Positions 35,987 to 46,883 of a stretch of 64,000 nt of DNA are shown here, one piece after another; within the stretch, counting starts at the first letter, position 1; each line of letters starts with the position of its first letter. The translations under genes and the position numbers were made by a program. The stretch is from a bacterium UBP8_UBA817 (GTDB taxonomy: Bacteria > Margulisbacteria > Marinamargulisbacteria > CAMDBA01): NCBI GenBank assembly GCA_945888995.1, contig CAMDBA010000002.1, positions 73,690 through 137,689 of the forward strand, read 5' to 3'. Below the pieces are notes generated by a model, which saw nothing but the letters and a program-made list of their open reading frames with translations, did not search any database and was not told the origin of the DNA.

Positions 35987-37774
35987 TTGCGAGTGCATAA
36001 CTTTCGTTCGTTCTTAAAAAACCTTCCTTCCGAGCCAGGCATCTACAAGATGAAAGAGGTGTCTGGCTCGGTTATTTATATAGGCAAAGCCAAAAACCTT
36101 AAAAAACGGCTCACCTCTTACTTTACTTCCCCGGATACCAAAGATATTAAGACCACGCTTCTGGTCTCTCATATCCATACGATTGATACGATCGTCACTC
36201 ATTCTGAAAAAGAAGCGTTAATCCTGGAAAATCAGCTCATCAAAGCTTTTCTTCCTAAGTACAATATTAATCTTAAAGACGATAAAAGTTATCCGTATCT
36301 CAAACTTACTTTCGAACCATTTCCGAAGCTGTTAATCGTTCGCCAAAAAATTGCCGACAGAGCCTCCTATTTCGGGCCGTATCCGAATTTGGGATCCACC
36401 CGGCGGTTGATAAAATTATTGCATGTCTTATTCCCTATTCGGGATTGCGCTCAAGAAATTGATTTACTGCAGTTACAAAAAAAATGTATTAAGTTGGACC
36501 TTGGGACATGCCTGGGGCCTTGCGTCGATAAATCAGTGAAGGCCGACTATGACCAGGCTATAGAAGGTCTAAAGCTGTTGCTCCAAGGTAAAAATCGACA
36601 GGTCATCTCGTTTTTGAAGGCAAAAATGCAGGGATATTCGGATCGAATGGCCTTCGAAAAAGCGGCTAATTTGCGGGATCAATTAGAACGCCTGGAAAAA
36701 ATATCCACACCTCAGGTCGTCGATGTTGATCTTAAACCGTGTGTTCAGGTGTGGGCCGGCGAATCCAATACGTTTTATCATTATGCCTTGGTTCAAACCT
36801 GGATTGAAGGCCGGCTTATGTTTCAGAGTGGATATTACGATACGAGCCAATCAGACAGGGAATTGTTTTTTCAAGAATCGATCGATAATCATCTTGCTAA
36901 AAGCGAACGGCCGGACAGCATTATCTGCGATGAGCAAATGGCAGCGTATTTTACTCATCGGCATACCTCGATCCAAGTTATTGTGCCGCAACGAAGCACA
37001 AAAGCCCAAATCGTAGAGGGGGCAGCACGCAATGCACGTCTGTCGTTGCTGCGGCTGAGCCGCGAGCAAGATATGCTGGTTGCATCACCTCAGGCAATGT
37101 TGGGGCGAATAGCTGAAAAATTGGGCCTCTCTAAAGTCCCAAACCGCGTAATCGGAATTGATATCTCCCACCTTTCGGCTACGAATATTGTCGGATCTGC
37201 TGTTTATTTTTTTAATGGAAAGCCGTTTAAAAAACAGTATCGGAGCTTCAATATTAGAACGGTTACCAAAACCAGCCATGACCCTGCTTCGATTTATGAA
37301 GTAGTCGCCCGCAGACTTAGGCCCTGTGTGGAAGGCGAGGAGGTGTTGCCCGATTTATTGCTTATCGACGGCGGTATCGGTCAGCTAAGCTTTGCCATTG
37401 CGGCGGTAAACCATATTGGGCTAAGCGGGCAGGTCGAACTGATTTCGTTAGCCAAGCAGCAAGAAGAAATTTACACCTCACCGGATAAACCGCCGATTCA
37501 ATGGTCATTATCTGATCCGGATTTGCATTTTTTTCAGCGAGTTCGCGATGAAGCGCATCGGTTTGCCGTCGCTCTGCAGCGAAAAAAACGGCGGGACTTT
37601 TTTGATGAAACAGTCTTGTCGGGGATCCCGGGTTTAGGTGAATCCAGAATCCGGCTGATCTTGAGAACCTACAAAACAATTGATGCCTTAGCCGAAGCTG
37701 ATTTGGATGAACTGGCTAAACTTGGTAGAATGGGAAGAAAATTAGCGCAAAAGGTATTAAGTACGGTTGCATGA
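35987..37774 (+). CDS. uvrC: excinuclease ABC subunit C
   Basis: 595 aa; N-terminal GIY-YIG (PGIYKMKEVSGSVIYIGKAKNLKKRL), UvrC RNase H-like and C-terminal HhH; TTG start (GTG at 35993 possible). Confidence 0.88.
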   Translation: MRVHNFRSFLKNLPSEPGIYKMKEVSGSVIYIGKAKNLKKRLTSYFTSPDTKDIKTTLLVSHIHTIDTIVTHSEKEALILENQLIKAFLPKYNINLKDDKSYPYLKLTFEPFPKLLIVRQKIADRASYFGPYPNLGSTRRLIKLLHVLFPIRDCAQEIDLLQLQKKCIKLDLGTCLGPCVDKSVKADYDQAIEGLKLLLQGKNRQVISFLKAKMQGYSDRMAFEKAANLRDQLERLEKISTPQVVDVDLKPCVQVWAGESNTFYHYALVQTWIEGRLMFQSGYYDTSQSDRELFFQESIDNHLAKSERPDSIICDEQMAAYFTHRHTSIQVIVPQRSTKAQIVEGAARNARLSLLRLSREQDMLVASPQAMLGRIAEKLGLSKVPNRVIGIDISHLSATNIVGSAVYFFNGKPFKKQYRSFNIRTVTKTSHDPASIYEVVARRLRPCVEGEEVLPDLLLIDGGIGQLSFAIAAVNHIGLSGQVELISLAKQQEEIYTSPDKPPIQWSLSDPDLHFFQRVRDEAHRFAVALQRKKRRDFFDETVLSGIPGLGESRIRLILRTYKTIDALAEADLDELAKLGRMGRKLAQKVLSTVA

Positions 37775-38886
37775 AAATCCGAATTTTGACATTGTTACTC
37801 ATTGGATATCTGGCTAGTCCTGCCTTTGCCGAACGAAATTTTGTAAACTCAGCTAAACAGAAACTTGATCAAATCCAAGATAAAATAGCGCACAATAGAA
37901 GCAAGATTACGGAATCCCGTAAAAAAGAAAAATTGTTGTTGCGGGATTTAGTCGTATTAAATAGGGATTTGACTTATACGGGAGTTCAGCTCAAAAAAGC
38001 ACAGCAGAATCTTTCGTTTTACCAAGGTAAAGCAACTCAGACACGACGTGAGCTTCAAGATTTACAGCAAGAATATCAAAAAAAGAGAGATTTATTTACA
38101 AATCGACTGGTTCAGATTTATAAAAATAAGAATCTCGGCTTTATGGAATTTCTGCTTTCTCCGACGAATTACACATCGGCCTTTGATTCGTCTTACTATT
38201 TTGAGCGCATTATTAAAAAAGATATGAATCTTGTATCGGACCTCCGCACAGAATCGCAAAAGCTGATGCAGCGGGCGAATCAGTTGACTTATCAAACTCA
38301 AAAAATATCGTCGTTTCAATCTGAAATCAACGAGCGAAAAGATCGTCTTGCATCTCAGCAACAACAAAAAACTTCTTATATCGGCTCTATTCGGAGTCAA
38401 ATTCAACGCTACGAGCGGGATAATAACAGTCTGATGCGAAGTTCGATGGAAATTGCCCGTCTCATTCAGCAGCGGCCACATCAGAATGCAACAATAGGAA
38501 CCGGGCGCTTTATTCACCCGACCGGTGGATGGGTCTCTTCTCCGTTTGGATATAGAAGACATCCTATTTTACGTCGTTTAAATTTTCATAACGGAACCGA
38601 TTTTGCGGCACGAGCAGGCGCTACTATCCAAGCTGCGGATTCTGGAACAGTCATTTTTGCTGGCCGATGGGGTGGTTACGGAAATGCAACAATTATAGAT
38701 CATGGGCGCAATCTGACTACGGTATATGCCCACCAGTCCCGTATCGTTGTGACACGCGGTCAGCGGGTTTTAAAAGGTCAATTAATCGGATATGTGGGTA
38801 GTACAGGGTTATCTACCGGACCTCATCTTCATTTTGAAGTTCGTGTGAACGGGCAACCTGTTAATCCGATGGCGTATTTGAGGTAA
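37771..38886 (+). CDS. M23-family peptidase with N-terminal coiled coil (EnvC/murein hydrolase activator-like)
   Basis: 371 aa; signal peptide; long coiled coil; C-terminal M23 motifs HNGTDF and GPHLHFEVR; 4-nt overlap with uvrC. Confidence 0.8.
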   Translation: MKIRILTLLLIGYLASPAFAERNFVNSAKQKLDQIQDKIAHNRSKITESRKKEKLLLRDLVVLNRDLTYTGVQLKKAQQNLSFYQGKATQTRRELQDLQQEYQKKRDLFTNRLVQIYKNKNLGFMEFLLSPTNYTSAFDSSYYFERIIKKDMNLVSDLRTESQKLMQRANQLTYQTQKISSFQSEINERKDRLASQQQQKTSYIGSIRSQIQRYERDNNSLMRSSMEIARLIQQRPHQNATIGTGRFIHPTGGWVSSPFGYRRHPILRRLNFHNGTDFAARAGATIQAADSGTVIFAGRWGGYGNATIIDHGRNLTTVYAHQSRIVVTRGQRVLKGQLIGYVGSTGLSTGPHLHFEVRVNGQPVNPMAYLR

Positions 38887-38975
38887 GCGTGAATGATTGT
38901 TTGGTGGTCCCTGCTTAATGCCACCGCATTTTAGCTTGCCTAGCACCGGGAAAGTGAGCTAAAATTCGGTTTATT

Positions 38976-40001
38976 ATGAACATCGGATTGATCGGTACCG
39001 ATCACACACATTTGGCTCTTACCATCCGTGAAAAGTTTTGTTTTACCGAAGAACGACTTCACCTCTTTTTAAAGCAATTTCCTACCCAATCGCTCATTAC
39101 TGAACTCGTCGTTTTATCGACCTGCAACCGGATTGAGTTTTACTTTGTTTCTGATGATATCAAGGCCGCCGGAGATTGGCTCGAAACCTTTGTGTTGAAG
39201 TTTCACCATACCTACTCGGACGACCTTCCCGGCACCCTGCTACGCTGCGACGGTGACAAAGTAGTGTCGCATTTATTCGAAGTGGTATCCGGGATCAAGT
39301 CGCTTGTGTTTGGTGAAAATGAAATTTTAGGCCAAATCAAAGACGCGTATCGTCTCAGTCATAAATATGGCCGAACGGGATCTATTTTTAATAAGCTCTT
39401 TCAAAAAGCAACCGCTGTTGGAAAGCGGGTTCGCGAAGAAACACTGATCGGAAGAGGGGCTTATTCGATTAGTTCAATCGCTGTTGAAGATATTCGCCGG
39501 GAATACGGTGATCATTTTAACGATAAGAAAATTCTGATTATCGGCGCGGGTACTATCGGTTTGCGTGCATTACGAAAATTGTTGGCCCTCAAGCATCCTT
39601 CAACCTTCATTATGAACCGGTCAGAAGAAAAATTAGTTCGGATTCACGAAAAATATAGAGTGCCTGTCGTCCCTTTTGATGAATTATGCAAAACCGTGGC
39701 CTATGATGTCATTATTGTCGCAACGGACGCCAGTCATTATATCCTTACCCCTGAATGCGTGAGTAAAACCGGCCCTAAGATCCGGGTGATTGATTTGAGT
39801 GTTCCTCGAAATGTCGATCCTAAAATTGCCAAGATGGACCGTGTTGAATTAATTACGATGGATGAAATTAAAGCCGTCTCCGATACTAATGTCGAAAAGA
39901 AACGGAATGAATTAGATAAAATTCAAGTGATTATTGATCAGGAATTCGGCGAGTTTGCACATTGGTATGTGACTAAACAGCAATTATGCAGCTCCGATTA
40001 G
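38976..40001 (+). CDS. hemA: glutamyl-tRNA reductase
   Basis: 341 aa; LSTCNRIEFY active-site Cys motif; Rossmann GAGTIG. Confidence 0.85.
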   Translation: MNIGLIGTDHTHLALTIREKFCFTEERLHLFLKQFPTQSLITELVVLSTCNRIEFYFVSDDIKAAGDWLETFVLKFHHTYSDDLPGTLLRCDGDKVVSHLFEVVSGIKSLVFGENEILGQIKDAYRLSHKYGRTGSIFNKLFQKATAVGKRVREETLIGRGAYSISSIAVEDIRREYGDHFNDKKILIIGAGTIGLRALRKLLALKHPSTFIMNRSEEKLVRIHEKYRVPVVPFDELCKTVAYDVIIVATDASHYILTPECVSKTGPKIRVIDLSVPRNVDPKIAKMDRVELITMDEIKAVSDTNVEKKRNELDKIQVIIDQEFGEFAHWYVTKQQLCSSD

Positions 40002-40894
40002 GCACGCGAGGATCGGCGCTTGCACGAAAGCAGGCGGATATTGTCTCGTCGTTATTGCACGCTCACTTTCCGAATATGGATATCAACGTTGTCGTTATCA
40101 AAACATCCGGTGATTTGGATCAGCTCTCTCCTTTAAGTCAAATAGGCGGAAAAGGTGTGTTTATCAAAGAGTTGGAAGCGGCTTTGATTGATCGGCAGAT
40201 TGATATTGCGGTTCATAGCTTTAAAGATATAACCTCTTCGATGCCAGAAGCCCTGGTATTGGCAGGATATTTAACACCGGAATCTCGCGCGGATGTCGTG
40301 ATACTCAAACCCGGACTTCGATTCGAAACCCTGCCTCCAGACAGTATTCTGGCCACCGGCAGTGTCCGGCGGCAGGCCTTGTTAAAACAAATAGCGCCAT
40401 ACTTAAAAACCATTGGAATTCGGGGAAACGTACAGAACCGGCTGGATAAATTAGCGATGATGTCGGAATGGTCAGGGATTATCTTGTCGGAAGCTGGCCT
40501 CATTCGACTGGGCCTTGAAGGCCGGATTAGCCATCGATTTGAGCCGTTCCTATTTTATCCGGCCCCCGGTCAAGGTGTAATTGCATTGCAATGTCGCACT
40601 GGGGATGCGAAGTCGGTTCGCTATTGTGAAAGCGTCACCGACCCTACTCAAAAAATAATTTCAACTGTGGAATTCAACTTTTTAAAAACTGTCGGGTTTG
40701 ATTGCCGTTTACCGCTCGGATTATATACGACTTTGGCCGGTGAAGAGGTTCACGTAAAAGGCTTTGTTGCCAATGCCCATCTATCCGAAGCTTACGAAGA
40801 CCGAACCCACTTTCAGGTTGGTGATAATACCGCTGCAGCAGAATTTGCGAACCGGTTCTTAAATTGGTTAAGATCAAGACATGACGAATCCTAA
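39986..40894 (+). CDS. hemC: porphobilinogen deaminase (hydroxymethylbilane synthase)
   Basis: 302 aa; LRLGTRGSALARKQA N-terminus and HemC fold. Confidence 0.88.
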   Translation: MQLRLGTRGSALARKQADIVSSLLHAHFPNMDINVVVIKTSGDLDQLSPLSQIGGKGVFIKELEAALIDRQIDIAVHSFKDITSSMPEALVLAGYLTPESRADVVILKPGLRFETLPPDSILATGSVRRQALLKQIAPYLKTIGIRGNVQNRLDKLAMMSEWSGIILSEAGLIRLGLEGRISHRFEPFLFYPAPGQGVIALQCRTGDAKSVRYCESVTDPTQKIISTVEFNFLKTVGFDCRLPLGLYTTLAGEEVHVKGFVANAHLSEAYEDRTHFQVGDNTAAAEFANRFLNWLRSRHDES

Positions 40895-42362
40895 AGTTTA
40901 TCTCGTCGGTGCGGGGCCTGGCGATCCGGGATTAATTACCGTTAAAGCCGTTCGTCTATTAGAGAGGGTAGATGTCGTATTATACGATTATCTTGTGCAT
41001 CCGACGCTTTTGCGGCATTGCCGATCCGATGCAATCCTTCGCTGTGTCGGAAAGCGAAAAGGGCATCATTCTAAAAAACAAGCGCAGATTAATCAGTTAT
41101 TGCGCTACTATCACCTTCAGGGAAAAACGGTAGTACGCTTAAAAGGCGGAGATCCGTTTGTGTTCGGCAGAGGGAGCGAAGAGCTCTTGTATCTCAAGCG
41201 GCATGGGATTTGCTTTGAAGTGGTTTCCGGTGTCAGTTCGGCTGTGGCAGTTCCGGCGTATGCAGGAATACCCGTGACGCATCGCCAATTGTCCCGTTCT
41301 TTTGCGGTGGTAACAGGAACAACAAAAGACCCCGATTTTAAAAAGACCCATATTCCGGATGCAGACACGCTAGTGGTATTAATGGGCGTCCATTATTTAG
41401 AGATGCTGGTTGAACGAATCTTAGAAAATCCACGATTTAATTCCGGGACACCAGCCGCTTTAATTTACTGGGGAACCGTGGCTGCCCAGCGTACTTTAAT
41501 CGGAACACTCGGAACCATTGTGCAGGTGCGGGATAAGGAAAAAGTCCTCCCACCTACTATTTTAGTGGTCGGAAATGTCGTGTCGCTTGCACCAGTATTG
41601 GATTGGGTGGGGGAGTTGCCGTTATTCGGCCGCCGAATTTTTGTATTGAGAGCTGCAGAGCAAGCAGAAGATCTAGTGTCTGAATTAGAAGCCTTGGGTG
41701 CCGAAGTGTTTTGTATGCCAATGTTGGCGTATAAGCCTATCTCTCGAAATTTACGCAAATTGTCGATGTCTTATCTGAGCCGGTTTCAACGTCTGATCTT
41801 TACCAGCGCTAACGGCGTGAAGTTTTTTATGGAACAGCTCTTGGCCCATCAGATGGATGCACGGATTCTGGCCGGTAAAAAAATAACGGCTGTCGGACCT
41901 AAAACCGCTGATAGATTACGGCAATTCGGTATCGTGGCAGATGAAGTTCCGACACCTCACCATGCCGACGGGATTTTTGACATGTTATGGGATAAAGTTC
42001 AGGGTGAATCTATTTTAATTCCGGGATCTGCCTTGTCCCGTGAGGCCTTGAGCATTCAATTGAAAAGCGTTGGCGCATCTGTGACCGCTCTTCCGATCTA
42101 TCAAACAGTACCTCCAAAATTTTCTGTATATCCGGTAAAAGATGGAGATTATGTCATATTTACCAGTCCCTCTACAGTCACCCATTTTCTTGACTCCAAA
42201 ATGGCGACGGACAAAAAGATCACTTGTTTTGCCATCGGCCATGTGACGACTGAAAAAATTCATGAGATGATTCAAACACGGGTTATCACAGCAACAGACG
42301 CTACCACAGCGGCTTTGGTAGACGCGATAATTTCATATACAACAGATCATCCGAACTCATAA
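40881..42362 (+). CDS. cobA-hemD: uroporphyrinogen-III C-methyltransferase / uroporphyrinogen-III synthase fusion
   Basis: 493 aa; N-terminal SAM-dependent tetrapyrrole methylase (VYLVGAGPGDPGLIT), C-terminal ~240 aa HemD-like. Confidence 0.8.
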   Translation: MTNPKVYLVGAGPGDPGLITVKAVRLLERVDVVLYDYLVHPTLLRHCRSDAILRCVGKRKGHHSKKQAQINQLLRYYHLQGKTVVRLKGGDPFVFGRGSEELLYLKRHGICFEVVSGVSSAVAVPAYAGIPVTHRQLSRSFAVVTGTTKDPDFKKTHIPDADTLVVLMGVHYLEMLVERILENPRFNSGTPAALIYWGTVAAQRTLIGTLGTIVQVRDKEKVLPPTILVVGNVVSLAPVLDWVGELPLFGRRIFVLRAAEQAEDLVSELEALGAEVFCMPMLAYKPISRNLRKLSMSYLSRFQRLIFTSANGVKFFMEQLLAHQMDARILAGKKITAVGPKTADRLRQFGIVADEVPTPHHADGIFDMLWDKVQGESILIPGSALSREALSIQLKSVGASVTALPIYQTVPPKFSVYPVKDGDYVIFTSPSTVTHFLDSKMATDKKITCFAIGHVTTEKIHEMIQTRVITATDATTAALVDAIISYTTDHPNS

Positions 42363-42373
42363 AGGAGTCCGAT

Positions 42374-43339
42374 ATGTCTTTTCCGATTCGACTTTCCCGC
42401 TTTCGCGGGACACCCGCAATCAGGTCGTTAACCGCGGAAACGCAGTTAAGTGCCGCTGATTTCGTCCTGCCTTTATTTGTGTCCGAATGTATTGCCGGAT
42501 CTCGTCCGATCTCCAGTTTACCAGACGTATCACAATATGATTTGTCGTCTCTTGTGGAAGAAGTCCGGAGTTGTGTCGCAGTGGGCATCAAAGCCGTCAT
42601 GCTTTTCGGAATTCCTCAACATAAAGATAGCCGTGGCACCGCAGCGCATGATCCAGAAGGCATTGTTCAAAGAGCCATTCGCGCTCTCAAATCCGAATTT
42701 TCTGATCTTGTGATCATGGCGGATTGCTGTCTCTGTGAATATACGGATCATGGTCATTGCGGCATCATGACCGAATCCGGCCTGGATAACGATGAAACAT
42801 TAAAGATTCTTCAAGCAGTCGCCTGTTCTTATGCTGAAGCAGGCGCCGATGTCGTTGCACCGTCCGGTATGATGGACGGTATGGTAGCGTCTATTCGCAC
42901 AGCACTGGATCAAGCGGATTTCACCAGCACATTAATTCTTTCATATGCCGTAAAATATGCGTCCCATTTTTACGGACCTTTTCGTGAAGCTGCTGGGTCT
43001 GCCGGTAATTTTAAAGGCGACCGGCGTCATCATCAACTTGCCCCTAGCCAGCGAATGGAAGGCATCCGAGAAGCGGAACTTGATGTAGCGGAAGGCGCCG
43101 ATATGTTAATGGTGAAGCCCGCAGGGTTGTATCTGGATATGATACGGGATTTACGAGAGCGAACTTTGCTTCCGTTGGCTGCCTACCATGTCTCAGGCGA
43201 ATATGCGATGATAAAGGCTGCCGCGAAAGCCGGAATTGTTGATGAATACGAGGCTTTTAATGAAACCTTTATTGCGATAAAACGCGCCGGTGCAGGGTTG
43301 ATCATTACCTATTATGCAAAGGAATTTCTGACCAAATGA
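42374..43339 (+). CDS. hemB: porphobilinogen synthase (ALAD)
   Basis: 321 aa; ALAD fold with Cys-rich DCCLCEYTDHGHCG Zn site and Schiff-base Lys region. Confidence 0.88.
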   Translation: MSFPIRLSRFRGTPAIRSLTAETQLSAADFVLPLFVSECIAGSRPISSLPDVSQYDLSSLVEEVRSCVAVGIKAVMLFGIPQHKDSRGTAAHDPEGIVQRAIRALKSEFSDLVIMADCCLCEYTDHGHCGIMTESGLDNDETLKILQAVACSYAEAGADVVAPSGMMDGMVASIRTALDQADFTSTLILSYAVKYASHFYGPFREAAGSAGNFKGDRRHHQLAPSQRMEGIREAELDVAEGADMLMVKPAGLYLDMIRDLRERTLLPLAAYHVSGEYAMIKAAAKAGIVDEYEAFNETFIAIKRAGAGLIITYYAKEFLTK

Positions 43340-44616
43340 CTACACATTCCGCTCATCTCTTCGAGGCTGCAAAAAAAGTATTGGTCGGCGGAGTAAATAG
43401 TCCCGTTAGGGCCTTTAATGCCGTCGGGGGTGACCCTGCCTTCATTCGCAGAGCAAAAGGTGCCTATCTCTATACTGAGGATGATACCGTTCTGATCGAT
43501 TATGTCCTCGGATGGGGCGCGATGCTACTGGGCCATGCGGATGACGATGTCACGGCAAGTGTGAGCCATGCAGTGGCAAACGGTGTCTGTTATGGCGCAC
43601 CGACCGAAAATGAAACCAAATTAGCGGAATTGATCCGTGAATTTTATCCTGGAATGGAAAAATGTCGGTTCGTGAATTCCGGAACAGAAGCTGTCATGAG
43701 TGCGATCCGGCTGGCGAGAGGTGCAACTAAGCGATCGTTTATTGTGAAGTTCGAAGGCTGCTACCATGGCCATTCCGATTCGATGTTAGTGTCTGCCGGG
43801 TCCGGGAATCTGACCTTCGGGCATCCCGATAGCGCCGGTGTTCTGGATGATACGGCACGCTATACCTATGTCCTGCCATTTAATGATTTAGATGGCGTGA
43901 AGGCACTGTTTTCTCAATATGGTGATACCATCGCTGCTGTGATTGTGGAGCCGGTCTGCGGCAATATGGGCGTCATTCTTCCTGATCCCGGGTTTCTACA
44001 TACGCTTCGGCAGGTATGTACCCAATATGGCGCACTTCTGATTTTCGATGAAGTGATGTGCGGGTTTCGGGTCGGGCTGACCGGCGCCCAGGGGTTGTAT
44101 GAGATTCACCCGGATTTAACCTGCTTGGGAAAAATTATTGCGGGTGGATTGCCGTGCGGAGCATTTGGTGGAAGCGCGGCACTTATGGCGCACTTATCAC
44201 CTGAAGGTCCTGTCTATCAGGCCGGAACAATGTCCGGAAATCCGGTGACCGTCAGCAGCGGTATCGCAACATTAACCAAACTCAGAACTACCGATGCTTT
44301 TGAAATCGCGTGCCGCCAAACTGTACGATTAGTTGACGGTTACCGGCAATGCTTTGATCAAAAAGGCCTGTCATGCGTTATAAATACACAAGGCACGATG
44401 TTCTCTCTCTTTTTTACAACCGCTCCTGTAACCTCGCTCCAGTCGGCAAAAACATCGGATACGGCACTTTTTAAGCGATATTTTCACCATATGCTATCGG
44501 CCGGAATTTATTTGCCGCCATCTCAGTTTGAGTCTAATTTTGTGTCATCGGTTCATAGTGGCGCCGATATCGACCGGACAGTCGAGGCTTTTGAAGGGTT
44601 TTTAAAAACCATTTAG
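43336..44616 (+). CDS. hemL: glutamate-1-semialdehyde 2,1-aminomutase
   Basis: 426 aa; class-III aminotransferase motifs (FDEVMCGFR, PLP-Lys region CLGKIIAGG). Confidence 0.88.
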   Translation: MTTHSAHLFEAAKKVLVGGVNSPVRAFNAVGGDPAFIRRAKGAYLYTEDDTVLIDYVLGWGAMLLGHADDDVTASVSHAVANGVCYGAPTENETKLAELIREFYPGMEKCRFVNSGTEAVMSAIRLARGATKRSFIVKFEGCYHGHSDSMLVSAGSGNLTFGHPDSAGVLDDTARYTYVLPFNDLDGVKALFSQYGDTIAAVIVEPVCGNMGVILPDPGFLHTLRQVCTQYGALLIFDEVMCGFRVGLTGAQGLYEIHPDLTCLGKIIAGGLPCGAFGGSAALMAHLSPEGPVYQAGTMSGNPVTVSSGIATLTKLRTTDAFEIACRQTVRLVDGYRQCFDQKGLSCVINTQGTMFSLFFTTAPVTSLQSAKTSDTALFKRYFHHMLSAGIYLPPSQFESNFVSSVHSGADIDRTVEAFEGFLKTI

Positions 44617-45119
44617 AGGGTCTTACGGTGCCGCCATTTCCAAGGGGAAACCGCATCTTGTTGTGTCCACAGTCCTTTATTTGATTTCTTAGCAGCGGCT
44701 TCAAGAGCATATAAGCACGGATCGGTTGTGTATTTCCGATAGACCCATGCCATTCCCCGGCTGACTTGCAAGGCATTTATATCGACCGAATCCAGATAGA
44801 GAGTTCCTAGTGTCCGCCTATATTGATCAAGACCCGCTTCGACAACCCTAATGTCCTGATCTAATAGAAGGGTTTCAAGCGCTTGCTTAGACTCTTTCCC
44901 GAACGGTTGATCTCGTTCCGGCGCATCAATCCCGACTAATCGAACTTTAGTTCGACTCTGGTGATGCAGCACTGTCACCGTGTCACCATCCGCGACGGAT
45001 ACCACTCGCCCGGTAAAGTCTGGATACGACCATGTGGGGATGAATAATAATACAAAGATTCCCCAGGCCGCGAAGACCATAAAAATCTTCGGATTACAGA
45101 ACCTATAAAAGTTTAACAA
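44613..45119 (-). CDS. staphylococcal-nuclease-like thermonuclease (secreted)
   Basis: 168 aa; N-terminal hydrophobic anchor; SNase motifs GDTVTV...VRLVGIDAPE. Confidence 0.75.
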   Translation of the reverse strand: MLNFYRFCNPKIFMVFAAWGIFVLLFIPTWSYPDFTGRVVSVADGDTVTVLHHQSRTKVRLVGIDAPERDQPFGKESKQALETLLLDQDIRVVEAGLDQYRRTLGTLYLDSVDINALQVSRGMAWVYRKYTTDPCLYALEAAAKKSNKGLWTQQDAVSPWKWRHRKTL

Positions 45120-45296
45120 ACCGATTTGCCAATATCATTACCTGGAGATAATTGAAAAATATTGAATCTGACCGCATGGGCAACGCCTAAATGACCGTCG
45201 GTAATCGAGAGCGGCTGGCTATGGGATGGAATCGACCATAGCCCAATCATCAGTATCCGTATGACGGCTCTTACCACGTGAATCCCCCCTCGGAAT

Positions 45297-46706
45297 TTAG
45301 GTAAAAATCGGTGAGTTCAGAAATTCTTCGTTGGAAACAGTTCGTCCAAGAAGCTTGATCAGCTCTTCGGTCGAACTTTCGGAATCGATGTTTTTACGCA
45401 GCAAGTAGGCTTTTTTTAAAACTTCAGGCGAAAGGAGCAATTCCTCTTTTCGGGTACCGGAATTAATAATATCAATCGCAGGAAAAATCCTACGGTTGGC
45501 GAGCTTCCGTTCGAGGTGAAGCTCCATATTACCTGTGCCCTTAAATTCTTCGTAAATAATATCGTCCATTCTCGAGCCGGTGTCGACCAACGCGGTCGCA
45601 ATAATGGTGAGACTTCCGCCTTGCTCAATCTTCCGGGCACCCCCGAAAAAACGTTTCGGTTTATGAAGTGAACTGGGATCAAGTCCGCCTGAAAGGGTTC
45701 GGCCGGAAGGCGGGACTACCAGGTTATAGGCGCGTGCTAGCCGGGTAATACTGTCTAGAAGAATGACCACGTCTTTTTCACATTCAACCAGACGTTTTGC
45801 ACTTTCAAAGACTAGCTCCGAAATACGAACATGTTGTTCTGGGGGCTCGTCAAAAGTTGAATAAATGACTTCGCCTTTAATAGATCTTTCCATATCAGTC
45901 ACTTCTTCGGGGCGCTCGTCAATTAATAGGACCTTAATAATAACTTCTGGGTGGTTGATCGAAATGCTGTTGGCGATTTCTTTTAAAATAGTCGTTTTAC
46001 CGGCTTTAGGAGGGGAGACGATTAATGTGCGCTGCCCTTTCCCGATCGGTGCCATCATATCCATGATTCGCCCTGAAATCGGGAACTGACCAATTTCTAA
46101 TTTTAATTGTTCGTACGGGTAAACCGGTACAAGATTTGAAAAGACGGTGCGGTCTTTTACAATAGCCGGATCTTCCCAGTTAATCGCTTCGACGCGTAGT
46201 AGAGAAAAGTAGCGTTCCCCTTCCTTAGGAGGGCGTACTTGACCGGAAATCATATCCCCGGTTTGTAGTCCGAAACGGCGAATTTGGGTCTGGGAGACAT
46301 AAATATCTTCTGAGCTCGGCAAGTAATTATTGGTCCGCAAAAATCCATAACCATCTTGTAAAATCTCTAGCGCGCCACGGGCAAAGATCAGGCCGTTTTG
46401 CTCGGTTTTTGCCTGAAGCATTTTGAAGATTAAATCGTTTTTCTTGAGTTGCTTGAATTCAGGGATTCCCAGTTTTTGGGCCAGGTCATGAAGTTCTTTT
46501 AGAGAGCTGCGCTGAAGCTCCACAATATCTAATTTTTCGTTATTTTCGAGAAGGGCTTTTTTCTCTTCGACGGTTTTACCTTTACGTTTCTCTGGCTTTT
46601 CAGGTTCTTCGTCGAGCTCAAATTCATCAAGCTGGTAGTCTGCGTCGCTATGTGATGGGGTCATGATGGTTGTCCTTATAGTTGTTTGCTTTAGACCAAA
46701 AATCAA
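45297..46706 (-). CDS. rho: transcription termination factor Rho (with ~55-aa N-terminal extension)
   Basis: 469 aa; Rho N-terminal domain [16 protein letters not shown]-binding OB, Walker A PPKAGKTT; acidic/Lys-rich extension precedes the conserved N-terminus, so true start may be an internal Met. Confidence 0.88.
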   Translation of the reverse strand: MIFGLKQTTIRTTIMTPSHSDADYQLDEFELDEEPEKPEKRKGKTVEEKKALLENNEKLDIVELQRSSLKELHDLAQKLGIPEFKQLKKNDLIFKMLQAKTEQNGLIFARGALEILQDGYGFLRTNNYLPSSEDIYVSQTQIRRFGLQTGDMISGQVRPPKEGERYFSLLRVEAINWEDPAIVKDRTVFSNLVPVYPYEQLKLEIGQFPISGRIMDMMAPIGKGQRTLIVSPPKAGKTTILKEIANSISINHPEVIIKVLLIDERPEEVTDMERSIKGEVIYSTFDEPPEQHVRISELVFESAKRLVECEKDVVILLDSITRLARAYNLVVPPSGRTLSGGLDPSSLHKPKRFFGGARKIEQGGSLTIIATALVDTGSRMDDIIYEEFKGTGNMELHLERKLANRRIFPAIDIINSGTRKEELLLSPEVLKKAYLLRKNIDSESSTEELIKLLGRTVSNEEFLNSPIFT

Positions 46707-46883
46707 AAAACAAGTATGTCTTTTATTGGTGATTTTGTAGCTAAGGGAAGAAGAATTGTGATTGGTATCCGAAGGTTACTGTAAGCAGAGGCCTTAGATT
46801 TCACAGGGGTTATTGAGTATAAATGGAGTATAATCAAGAAGATATCACCAAATAAATCCAAAGGCAAGTAAGAAGGGTATACA

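Noticed and set aside
45217-45243. Hairpin GGCTATGG-N11-CCATAGCC downstream of rho as an intrinsic terminator
   Set aside because: No U-tract follows on the minus strand, so it is not a canonical Rho-independent terminator. It is mentioned only within the rho-region finding.
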